In this document: positions 12,030-23,713 of the stretch, piece after piece
How positions within the stretch are numbered: position 1 is the first letter of the stretch
How the letters are laid out: each line of letters opens with the position of its first letter
NCBI GenBank assembly: GCA_951406725.2
Contig: OX597827.1
Span: 83,638,001-83,702,000 of the forward strand
Direction: 5' to 3'
DNA: 64,000 nucleotides
Origin: Octopus vulgaris
Taxonomy: Eukaryota
Program-made: the position numbers and the translations under genes
Notes under the pieces: model-generated
Database searches by the model: none
Told to the model about the DNA's origin: nothing
What the model saw: the letters and a program-made list of their open reading frames with translations, nothing else

Positions 12030-13322
12030 AGAGTGGTGATTCAATGTCATTTATGAATATGACCTTTGACCTGACAGGGTCAAAGGTGTCAACCTTCTTG
12101 TTAACCCTCACCATCCATTTTCATCACAAGTTGGAGGGTGGAGTGGTACTGACATAAAGAGAGAAAGGAAGGGGGATATTGTGGAGGTGGGGGCACCCCA
12201 CCACGCTCCCTGAGATGACCAAGGCCATGCTGGTGCAACACCTGTTCATAGATCTGTCTTCTGATAACTTCCAAAATGTCACTGGTAAAGAACAGCATTA
12301 TTGCTTGTAAGGTTCCAGCATGCTAAGCCATTGATTCACAGCATTTCTAGTGGCATAAGTGGACAAGGAGTAGCTGTAACTTGAGACAAAACAAACATCA
12401 CAAGGGATTTGCTTTGAAAAACACAAACTTTTCAGCTCCCCCCCCCCCCACTGTTGCTAACACACATAGATATACTCACACGTATACATGTGTGTGCACA
12501 TATATATATACACACACACAACACAAACATTCATATCAGTAATTAAAGCAGATTTTATGCCATCATTAATTTGAATCTTGTTTTGCTAGTTTTAATTGCT
12601 GTTATGATCCAGTCTGCAGAGCGAGTGTTTCTTATGCTTGTGCGTGTGTGTGTGTGTGTATGTGTGTCTATATATATATATACATACACACACAACTCAT
12701 CTTCTGCACAGTTTCTGTTGACCATCTCCTCAGACCCCTGGCCAGGGACAGGGGTATAGAACCATGAAACACAGATGCCCCCTCCCACCTCCACAGGTGT
12801 CAGAATAAATTATTGAAAGTCCAGTGAAAGGTAAAGGGTCAGTAGCATGCGGGTGTCTGGAGGAAAAATAATTCACAAAAATGGATGAAAGTCTCTGGAA
12901 AGGAGAGAAGGGGACAAATTGTTGGAATCTATTGAAGAACTGGTGTTGAGTGGATCCTTGGTGACTGGTGTCAGGTGGAATAGAGGAGACACCTAAGTTG
13001 TGATCAATATTGGGCCCCTGGTTAGTTTGGAGCTTGGTCACTTCTCTCTCGACATCAGTCACATTTTCATGGTTTTAATTCGGCAGAACTTGAGGGTTCC
13101 ACCTTGGCAAACAACAAACTCTCTTCCAATGTGTCTTTATTCTTCTAACTTTGGAAAAGATGGATTACGAAACTTGTCTGACACAACACCAACATTCTAT
13201 GTTCAATGTTTACCAAAGACTGGTCTTCTACAAGATTATGGTGTGGTGTTCGGCATGTTCCTTCCGTGTTGCTGTCTGTGCCAGATATTTGAATATTGAA
13301 CAGGGATAAAGGTGACTGGCAC

Positions 13323-13399
13323 TCACTGCTTCTTGAAACCCTTCAATATTGGATAGATATTTTCAAAGGCATCGTAAATTTCTTGTCGGACTTTGGCCC
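13323..13399 (-). CDS. TBP: TATA-binding protein, coding exon 7 (last)
   Basis: tgtgtag|GG GCC AAA..: (G)[24 protein letters not shown]; phase 1 matches exon 6. Confidence 0.96.
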
Positions 13400-14940
13400 C
13401 TACACATGGATATAACAAACAGGAGCAATATGTTAGAAACAGAAAACAAGAGTAACAGGTTAGTATTTTGTTTTAAACATTTAAGAAAATGAAATCTCTT
13501 CAATGGGTTCCCATCAAAATTTGGCCTGAAGTCTTGCGTGTGTGTGTGTGTTGGGTTTACAGAAAGATGGGGTGGGGGAATAAACTGTCTGGGAATAGAG
13601 TCAAAGAGAGTTGATAGCAGGAGTACGCATAAAGGAGTGAGTAATCAATCAAAAACCATGAAAGAGATCTATTGCTTTACACCATACCACTACCAACCCT
13701 CTTAGCTCAGGGTTGTGAGTTCAAACCTCACAACATGCCACCACACAAACCGTCACTTTATTAAAATGGTGGAGGATAGAATTACTACATTGCTGTTGTT
13801 TAACCCTCAGTCAGGCCTGATGCAGTACATCTATGATCAAAAACATTCCAGCTATGACCATCCTGTCTTATTTTCACAATGTATCCAAGATATTAGTCAA
13901 TGGGTCCAATTGCTTGAAAATTATAGGATTTTGCAGCTATTTCTAGTAAGTCAGGCAAGGCAGAGACTCCCAGATTGGAGTGTTGTAGGGTGTCGAGGAG
14001 GGGGGTGGGTGTTGCAGAGTGGAGAGAAGCTCAGTCATCCAGCTAATCAATAAACAATCCTTTATTAAAAGACTCTCCACTTCTGCCCCACCATCCTGCT
14101 CCCATCATTGCTCATTACAATTATTATTATTTTCAAGAGATCAGTGACCAAATACCTTGTAGTATTTAGTCATGCCCTCCTCATATGATGAGTTCAAATC
14201 CCATCTGTGTTAATTCTATTATACATTTTTCCAGGGTCAGTGTAACAAGCCAAACCCGGTTGAGTATACCTCATTCTACATGGCCTCTCTTATAAATTAG
14301 CTTACTTTCTATTGGCAGGTGTCAAAAACAGTTGGATGCCCCTCACTGCCTCAGAAGAATCTCTACCAGTTGTTTTGTTCCTTCACCCCCACCCCGGGCC
14401 ACCAGCATGCCTCTTTGCAGTTTTCACGTTTTAATTGGACAAAATGCCATGTGTTCACTACCTTCCTTTACATTCAGTGTTCAAATCTCATCAAGGGTGA
14501 TTTTTCCTTTCATTTTTACAGGGTTGATCAAGTACCACTAGGGGGCTATTTCCCTCTCCACCTCAATCTACCTTACACTTATCTTAGAAACCATTCAACG
14601 TCTGCTTTCCATGCTGGCATGGGTTGTACGGTTGAACAGGGGCTGCCCAGGCTTCCATGATTTCTACAGCTGGACACCCTTGCCAACATCAACTGCATTT
14701 GTATGAAATCAAAGAGACGAGATTGGTGGTGGTGGTCGTGATGTGGATTGTATCAGTGTGGGGAGGGGCTCAAGAAAGCTGTCTGTCTGTTTGTCCAACA
14801 ATTGGGTGGGACATGGTAGGTTTAAGAATCAACAACTGACTTTTGAAATATGGGTTAGGGTTAATGGTTAAAGATTGATGGTTGATGAATAACTGATTGA
14901 AAAATAAAGATTGCAGATTAATTGAAAGCTTTTGTCCTAC

Positions 14941-15035
14941 CTGTTAGGACAACTTTCCCAGACACAAATATTAACAACACAATCCTGGGTTTGACCATTC
15001 GATAGATTAATCCCGGGAACAATTCTGGTTCATAA
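14941..15035 (-). CDS. TBP: TBP coding exon 6 (95 nt)
   Basis: ttttcag|T TAT..: [32 protein letters not shown]|gtagg. Confidence 0.97.
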
Positions 15036-16737
15036 CTGAAAATACAAAACAGAGAAAATTCTATCACAAAATCATCAGAAAAACGACAACCCCCATGCCC
15101 CTTCAGGTGGGTGGGGAAGGGGACACTCCACTAAATGTATCCAAGGACCAGCTGATGAATCAAATCTATTCTCCAACACCAAGAATACACCTTTTGGCAA
15201 ACTTCCACACAATTTCAAGTTTCCAAATTTCACTGACTTTGGGAGAAGATATCGATCCAAAGTGTTTTGTTGTGGGATGAAATCTCAGGCCAAGACTTCT
15301 TTTACACTCCCAGTCATGGCTGACACCCTCAAAAAGAGCTTAAACAACTGAAGGGTTAAGCAGTTCTACAGACACCGACTCTTTTTCCCTTGTTTTTTTT
15401 TTATCATTTTATGCCCGCTTTCCTTGCTGGCATTGGTAGGATGGATCATCCTGGATTGGCTCCTTGTTGGAGGACACTGTCCCCATAGACAGGCGCTCAG
15501 AAGGGTCATTTGGCTTGGTTTCTACAAATGGATGCTCTTCTTACCACCAACCACTTTACAGTGTGTACTGAGTAACACCAGCATTAAGGAGTTGTTGAGA
15601 CAGGAGCAAAGGACAACTCCACCCTACTTTACCCCTATTCTCTCTAAACCATTATGTAGTATTAAAGAACTGGATCAAAAAACTCTGAGCAGGGTTCAAT
15701 ACTATACACTGGTTACTGGAGAAATTAAAATTCTCAGATGCCATCTGCACCAGTAAACAATAGCTAAGTTAGTGCTGACAGATTTAACACTAGAAGAAGC
15801 ATTAAAATGTTCAAAAGAAAACAATTATGTGCTGAGGAACTTGTTGAGGTTCACCATGGCCAAAACTGGTCAAGTTTCCACCTCACTTCCTCTCGTGTCC
15901 ATCAGTACCTGGTGCCCTTCTCTCGCCAAGGTGAAACCCTGAAGACATTGAAAACCAAACTGTGTTTGTTTAGCCCCTGTTCAACTTCAAAGGAGGTAAA
16001 CTAAGATCAACAGTATTCCAGCCATGACCATTCTGTCTTATAGGAGCCAAGGGAGGGGTTAAATTAGCTAATGGCCCTGTCCTTATTAAGACAGCAGGCT
16101 ATGATGTGAGGATCATTCGCATATTTGTAGCAGAATGAGTGACCTGTGCATTGTTGGCCAGCAAACAGTGCAGTGGTGTGTAAAGGAATTATATTAGGGC
16201 CCAGTGAAAGGGGGGAGGTGTAGAAGATCGAGGAGTGTCGGATGAAGGTAGTGTTAGGAAGGGCAGACAACTATGTGTATAAGTGCTACCAGCTTCAGTT
16301 ATGTAACCATGGTAACAGACTATTTCTGGAGATGACAGCAACTTGACAACATTAATTAGGTCCCCTGCATTAGGGAAGGAGAAGTACCACAAGCTCCTGT
16401 CATCAAGGGCTGCAGCAACCTGGGTAGTTAGAGGTCATTCTTTGGGTCACTCTTAAGAGGACTGAGCAGATATTATTTGTATATCAGTGTCAGAGATATA
16501 TGACCACCACCACTGCCATCAACCTCCACGTCATTGTTTAACCTGCTAGGAACAACAGCCAAACTCCCTCAAACCACACCATACAATATTAAGGAAAGGA
16601 TATATTAGATAATCTAGTGCTACATCTATCTATAAGGATGGTCATGTCTGGAGTGTGTTTAGCCATGAATGGGGTGGATAAGGGTCAGACTCAGGGCTAA
16701 GCAAGCAGGTACATAAACAATAAAGAGGAAATCTCAC

Positions 16738-16841
16738 CTTGAAAATTGTTGATGTGTTAAAACTAAACCTTCAAGACGAATGGGGAACTTGACATCACAA
16801 CTACCAACCATGTTCTGGATCTTAAAGTCAAGGAATTTGGC
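16738..16841 (-). CDS. TBP: TBP coding exon 5 (104 nt)
   Basis: ttttcag|[36 protein letters not shown]|gtgag. Confidence 0.97.
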
Positions 16842-19789
16842 CTGAAAATAGAAAGAGAATTGGTTAGCACCAATGATTTGATAAAATGGGTTGAACATAG
16901 TAACAGACACACACAGAATTTTCTAGATATCAACATAAAGGCTTTCTCATTTCAGAAACTGTTAAAGATTTCTGGGAGGAGTAGTTAGAAAATTAGAAGT
17001 GAAATAGTTTTGAAGGTGATTAAAGCCCACATTAATGTACAACAGAAGATATTGAGGAAAGTGGCTAAGTCAATCTTGTCTATCAACACCCACCATATTC
17101 TCTGGATATTGCCCCATCTGATTTTCATTTATTCTGCAGTCTTCAAAATCATTTGGAAGGAAAAATTTGAATTCTGTACACAAGGTCAGAACGGTACTGG
17201 AGGAGTATTTTTCATCATGGGGACAAGTGAATTTTGAAGAAGGGCTTTACAAGTCTACCAGAGAGATGAAAGAGGATTGTAGAGAATGAAGGAGAGTATA
17301 TTTTAGATTAGAAAAGAACTTTGTTTATCATAATTTTGAAAAATAAAAGAAGTATAAAAAAACTGCATTATTTATGGGATGACCCAATTCATGGCTATCA
17401 TCATGGTGACACTTTGGTTGGTGTGTGAGCATCATTTAATGTCCACTTTGCCATGCATGCATGGTCAAACGGAGTTTGTTTGAATCTGATTTTCTATGGC
17501 CAGCTGCCCCTTCTTGTCGCCTACCCTCGCCTGTTTCCAAGTAAGCTAATATTTCTCCATGGCCAGACATGTTCTCACAGCATATTGGAAATGAATGACA
17601 CTGCTTGGGGGGCAGGGACACTCGTTTCCAACTATGATGTGATATTAAGACGAGGAGACACAAACAATTTCCGTCTGCCAAATCCACTGAGGAGGAGGAG
17701 CATCGGTCGTTTTCCGAAGACCCTTGTGGAAGACACTTGCCCAGGGCACCATACAGGGGTGGGACTGAATCCAGAACCATGTGGTTAGGAAGCACCTATA
17801 CACACACACACATGGGGTATATATGAGAGCTATGCAAGGCATGAGAGACTCTAGCAGAGTGACATCTGAAGAGACATGGAGCAATGAGGAATAATACAAG
17901 GTTGTCCATGTATCTCCTCAATTATCTCCCCTTGATCTGTATCCCTCTCCAGTTTTAATAAAGCCGGAACTGAAGCAAGAGTCAACATTAATCCTTCAGG
18001 GATCAGAGAGTCAGGCTTACAGCACCACCAGCCCCGTCTCCCAGTTTAAAAGAAGGAGAAAAATCTGTAACTTTAAACTCCACATCAATCAAAGACTTTC
18101 TCATAGTAATAAATTATAGGGGGCAGCACAGTTTCAAACCCAATTGTGGTGCAATGACATTTTTTTAGCTGCAGGTATGATTGAAGAGCTAACAATTTTA
18201 CTTCACAACTATGAGATTGTGAGCTCAATCCCCTAGCATGGTATCTTGGTAGAATATCTCCTCCCGGGGCTTCAGGTTGATCATTGTATAGATGGAAACT
18301 TGTAACCTACTGTGAAATATATACATCTTTGGTTGTCTATCATGAGTTGATGTTGGTTGTTCTTGTTCAGAAACATCTCTGGTAGTCTCCTTGAATTTAG
18401 GCCATGGGGCCCTGATCATGATTTGCAGCAGCAATGACCTCTGCTGCTGCTGCTGGTGGTGAAGGGACTTGGAGCAATGGAGAAGGGATGCCTCTCGTCT
18501 ATTCTTTTGTATTCTCTCCAATGTATCTCAATGGCTGGAATTAGAAGCTTGCAAGGCCTTGCTCCTCGGTTCCTGATCTTGAGGCTCGTGGGTGTTGGTG
18601 TGACATAAGAAGCAGCTGTGCCAGTGCCACGCAAACAGTGCCACTCTGTAAAGTGGTTGGCATCAGGAAGGGCCTCGTCCAGCTGACCCTGCCAATACAG
18701 ACAGCATGGACAACGGACGTTAAATGACGATGATGTCTCTATACACCTGACACATTATTCATTAATATTTAATGTGTGTACCTTTAATTCTGGAAAGATA
18801 CCAAGTGTGACATGGTGACTACCTGTTACAGACGTGGCACAACCACTTGCTTAGAAACTGTTGCAGTCACACCCCGATCTCAGTTCTCTCCCTTGAATGG
18901 CTTTCATTGACATGTGACACCATCATCCGGAGACCTTTAGCATCGTCCATTCTGTTGTAGAGGGGTGTTCTGCTAACTGAGGATAACAGTTACTTGACCA
19001 TCAATGTAACCCGCCTTTACCATAGTCCACTTTGTTGTACAGGGGTGTTAGACTTGAGGGTAAGTGCATCATCTAGCCAACCTTGGCCTCCTTCAGCAGA
19101 GCTTATTCTGTTATGGGGAGATAACCCAACAGTTGTTTAGTCATACGTATGGAAATCCTCTGAAAGAAATATTCTAAAAAATCTGAAAATAATTATTACC
19201 CACAATTCACTGAACAATTAAACATCATCTCAGTAAATTAATTAACTACCCGTATTTCTGCTTGTGTGTTCTGCTAGCGTGGCATGGTCTCCCTTGGCAA
19301 CATATCAAACTTGTTCTTTAACAAACAAACCACTGCAATAGCCTCTACTTCCTTCAACTCCCCCCCCCCCCATTACCATTGAAATTAGATTCGTCTTCTC
19401 CACGTTACTCACACAACACTTTGGGCATTATTCCCTGTTTCAGGTTTAAGTAAATTAGAAATTCATCAATAAATCATTCAAAATTCCTTTCTCACCTCCG
19501 ACACAAAGGAAACAACAATCTCTTCGACAAATCACACCCTGACAAAATGCAGTGAACTACCTTTGACTGCAGTTCTGCTCAATAATAAACTCTGAAGACA
19601 AGAAATGCTAAGAATAAATACAAGCCAGCATTTTGTCTGCCGCACTAAGAATTCTGTCTAATTATAAATATGATGATGATGATGATGATGAAAGCAACAT
19701 GAATCTTAAACCAATTGATTTCTAGTTTTGTCATAAAAGAATAAAACTGTGAAACTAATCTGAGACTAATTTTTGGAAAAAATACTCAC

Positions 19790-19853
19790 AGGAAATCCAA
19801 GTTTCTGGACAATTCTTGCATATTTCCGTGCTGCTAGCTTGGCCATATCTTCA
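19790..19853 (-). CDS. TBP: TBP coding exon 4 (64 nt)
   Basis: gtttcag|T then EDMAKLAARKYARIVQKLGFP|gtgagt. Confidence 0.96.
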
Positions 19854-21411
19854 CTGAAACAAATAAATAAAAATCCGAAATGCAATTCTTGGAAATAGTG
19901 AAAAAGAGTTTAGATATTTACAAGTTTTGAAAATTAAGATATTGCAACATTTTTGTAATTCTCCATTCTTAGCTGAAAGTTTTAAAATTGTTGAATTAAC
20001 TTTAGTGCCAGGAATGGCTGTGGTTAAGAAATTTGCCTCCCAGCCACATGGTTCCAGCCACATGGTTTCAAGTAGGTTCTAATCTAAAACTGAGCTACCC
20101 CTTGGCCAATCAATGGAATTTCGTAAACTGTGTAGATGTGGTCTTTGATTTCTACAGAAACAGATTAAATTCCAGAAACATGTCTGGAGAAAGAAAAGGC
20201 TTTACAAATGCAAAATCATTTTATCTTGAAACAGCTGCAGACATGGCTGTGGTAGTTCACAAGGTTTAGGGTTCATTTCATCATTGTTTAACGTCTGCTT
20301 TCCATGCTGGCATGGGTTGGACGGTTTGACCAGGGCTGGCAAGCTGTACCAGACTCCAGTCTGTTTTGGCATGGTTTCTACGGCTGGATGCCATTCCTAA
20401 TGCCAACCACTCTGAGAGCGTAATGGGTGCTTTCATGTGCCACCAGCACAGGTGCCATTTGGAAATAAAATGTAAGAAGTGGAAGTTGAAGAACCCCCTT
20501 TTTGGGTGATCCTCATTTAACGTCCATTTTGCACGCTGACAGGGGCTGGGAAGCCTGACGATTGCACCAGGCTCCACTGTCTCCTTTGACATGGTTTCTA
20601 TGGAAGGATGCCCTTCCTAATGCAAGCCACCTTACAGTGTTCTGTGTGCTTTTTACATGGCACCAACACCAGGGGTCAGCAAGTAAGTTGCAAGACAAAA
20701 CAATTGAGAGGAAGTAGTATTGAGGGAAGGGGCTTTATGCCAGGTGATGAGAAGTGAAAATACAAAAATAGGGGTTTGTTGTGGAGATGCATGGCTACCT
20801 CAGTTTGAAAAGAGAGATGTGTCAGATGGATAGAGATGAAGAGGGGAGAGAATAGAGATGAATGCAGTGAGTGGAGTACATGGGTGGAATTAGCAGGTGT
20901 TAGGAAGAGGAGTTGTGGAGAAGGGATAGGTTAGGGACCATTTATTGCCAACAGAGGTAAAAGCTGTCTGAATTTTCTCCACCCTGTCCTTATTCTAGCA
21001 AATGTCCTTTCCGAACGTTCTCCCTCTTCTATTCTAATTAGGTCACTTAAGTAACAGAGACTATCTACTACCTCTAAGGATCCTCCTAGGCATTTGAGAC
21101 AATCGATTTCCAATCTTCTATGAAAACATGTCTGGCCAAAGGGGGGGAAATATTACCTTGCTTGGAAACAGGAAACGAGTCTGGACATAGAAAATTTCCA
21201 TCAATAAACTACATCCAACCCAGGCAAGCATGGAAAAGGGGACATTAAAATGATGATATAGCACTGGAGTTTGAGGCAAATTTTCTACACCCAGATGTCC
21301 TTCCAGTTGCCAACCCTCACCCACAGGAAACTGGAAACAAACAACATATCTTGTATGACAGTCATACTCATTTAAAATCATCACAACACCAAAGTACACA
21401 CAAACACATTA

Positions 21412-21905
21412 TGGGCTTCTTTCAGCTTCATCTATCAAGTCCAGCCACAAGGTTTTGATTAGCCATTTCTGTCCAAAATGGTGTACAATGGAACTGAACC
21501 CAAGACCACATGGTTGAGAAGCAAGCTTCTAAATCACACAGCCATTCCTGTTGTCATCCATAGGTGGAGGCATGGCTGTGTGGTAAGAAGTTCGCTTCCC
21601 AACGACATGTTTCTGGGTTCAGTCCCACTGCATGGCACCTTGGACAAGTGTCTCAGGCCAACCAAAGCCTTGTCAGGGGATTTGGTAGATGGAAACTGAA
21701 AGCAGTCCATTGCACATATATATATGTGTGTGTGTGTGTTTCTGTCTGTGTTTGTCCTCCCACCACTGTTGGTGTTTGCATCCCCATTACTTAGAGGTTC
21801 AGCAAGAGAGACTGACAGAATACTGGGCTTCAAAAAGAAATACTAAGGTTGATTCATTTGACTAAAAATTCAAGGTGGTGCCCCAGCATGGCCACAGTCT
21901 AATGA
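21412..21905. mobile_element. Two divergent head-to-head copies of a CORE-like tRNA SINE
   Basis: Minus copy about 21412-21548, plus copy about 21565-21905 (CATGGCTGTGTGGTAAGAAG..GGTTCAGTCCC..CCTTGGACAAGTG). Confidence 0.7.
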
Positions 21906-21918
21906 TAGATAAAAGATA

Positions 21919-22135
21919 TGAGGTAGTGCTGAGAAGTTCCTGGCTTTATGGGTCTCACAAAAAGCCTGGTTGGAGGCCCAACCTTCTGAGTTCTTTTACA
22001 GGGCTTACGAAGACTGAAGGCCCGGCTGCTGCAGTGTGTGAATCTGAGGGGAAGATGTTGAAATAAATCATTATCAACTGATCTTCCTCTATTTTCTTTT
22101 ACCCAAAGCCAGGAGATTTTCAACCCCACCCCCTC

Positions 22136-22136
<1 letters not shown>
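21919..22136. mobile_element. Mariner-type MITE (decayed)
   Basis: Imperfect TIRs TGAGGTAGTGCTGAGAAGTTCCTGGCTTT / AAAGCCAGGAGATTTTCAACCCCACCCCCTCG; a solo copy of the same end lies at about 37783. Confidence 0.6.
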
Positions 22137-22171
<35 letters not shown>

Positions 22172-22172
<1 letters not shown>

Positions 22173-22835
22173 CGTAAAAGCACCATTCGCTCGTGGCCGT
22201 TTGCCAGCTCTGCCTGGCCCCCGTGTCGGTGGCACGTAAAAGCACCATCCGTTCGTGTTCGTTGCCAGCCTCGCCTGGCCCCCGTGCCAGTGACACGTAA
22301 AAGCACCGTCTGTTCGTGGCCGTTTGCCAGCTCTGTCTGGCAACCGTGTCAGTGGCACGTAAAAGCACCGTCTGTTCGTGGCCGTTTGCCAGCTCTGTCT
22401 GGCAACCGTGTCAGTGGCACGTAAAAGCACCATCCGTTCGCGTCCGTTGCCAGCCTCGGCTGGCCCCCGTGCCGGTGACACGTAAAAGCACCGTCCGTTC
22501 GTGGCCGTTTGCCAGCTCTGTCTGGCCCCGTGTCGGTGGCAAGTAAAAGCACCATCCATTCGTGTCCGTTGCCAGCATCGCCTGGCCCCGTGCCGGTGAC
22601 ACGTAAAAGCACCATCCGTTCGTGGCCGTTCGCCAGCTCTGTCTGGCACCTGTGCAGGTGGCACGTAAAAAACACCCACTATACTCGCGGAGTGGTTGGC
22701 GTTAGGAAGGGCATCCAGCCGTAGAAACACTGCCAGATCTGACTGGGCCTGACGAAGCCTTCCAGCTTCACAGACCCCAGTTGACCCGTCCAACCCATGC
22801 TAGCATGGAGAGCGGACGCTAAATGATGATGATGA
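22172..22835 (+). repeat. About 61-bp minisatellite (8 units) leading into an RTE 3' tail ending in (GAT)n
   Basis: CACGTAAAAGCACC recurs at about 22172, 22233, 22294, 22356, 22418, 22479, 22540, 22600 and 22662, then GTGGTTGGCGTTAGGAAGGGCATCCAGCCGTAGAAAC...GATGATGAT. Confidence 0.9.
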
Positions 22836-22960
22836 TAGATAAAACTTACTTGGAAGAGGATGTGTGGCATTTAATCATATAATAATATAAAAATAATATA
22901 TATATATATATATATATATATGCATATATACATGTACATTCTTTATTTTCTCTCCTTGTT

Positions 22961-22998
22961 TCTTTCTGTGGAAGAGCGTAGGCTCGAAATGTTAAAGA
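22961..22998 (+). ncRNA. Degenerate minimal hammerhead-like motif
   Basis: TCTTT-CTGTGGA-A-GAGC(GTAG)GCTC-GAAATGTT-AAAGA; stems I and II pair, two deviations in core/stem III. Confidence 0.45.
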
Positions 22999-23259
22999 CT
23001 TTTTCACTTCCCGAGCATTATACTAATACATCTGTTTGTTGTCTACACCACCTCACTTCGTCTTGCTTTTTTTTGTGACTTCTTCCCCTTATATAGATAC
23101 ATATATTTACATACTTACATTTATACATATATATGCATATGTGGGCATAGGAGGTCATGAAATGTGTACAACAAAAAAATATGAAGTATGAGTACATGGA
23201 ATACAAACTATTTTTTCGAATGAAAGATGCAAATGGAAAACAAGACAACAAAAAGAATG

Positions 23260-23302
<43 letters not shown>

Positions 23303-23565
23303 CATCGTTTAATGTCTACTTTCCATGCTGGCATGGGTTGGACGGTTTGACTGGGGTCTGGTGAGCCAGATGGCTGCACCAGGCTCCAATCTGATCTGGC
23401 AGAGTTTCTACAGCTGGATGCCCCTCCTAATGCCAACCACTCCGAGAGTGTAGTGGGTGCTTTTACATGCCACCGACACGTAAAAGCACCCACTATATAT
23501 ATACCGGATTAAGCACATAAATGTGAAACAAGGTGGAAAAAAGAGTGCTCAAGTAATATGTTTTA

Positions 23566-23713
23566 TTTAAAAGCAGCAGAAAAAACACAAAAACTCTTAC
23601 TCAGAGTACACGTTCCTGTTCATTGGACAGTTTTGTTAGGGTTAGGTTTGTCCGACGAACGGGAATGTGAAACACTGAGTAACAGTTTTTGTGATATTTC
23701 TGCTGCTCTTAAA
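23566..23713. repeat. Imperfect inverted repeat carrying two hammerhead-like motifs, with TTAGGG in the spacer
   Basis: Arms of about 65 bp; plus-strand arm TGT-CCGACGA-ACG(GGAA)TGT-GAAACACTGAGTA-ACA. Confidence 0.65.

Noticed and set aside
17686-17725. CTGAGGA-hairpin-GAAGAC resembling a hammerhead
   Set aside because: No GAAA, no stem I, and it lies inside a diverged SINE
22089-22793. CRISPR-like array and a 234-aa repetitive ORF
   Set aside because: Whole 61-bp units repeat with no unique spacers, there are no cas genes, and the context is eukaryotic; it is an RTE 3' UTR minisatellite
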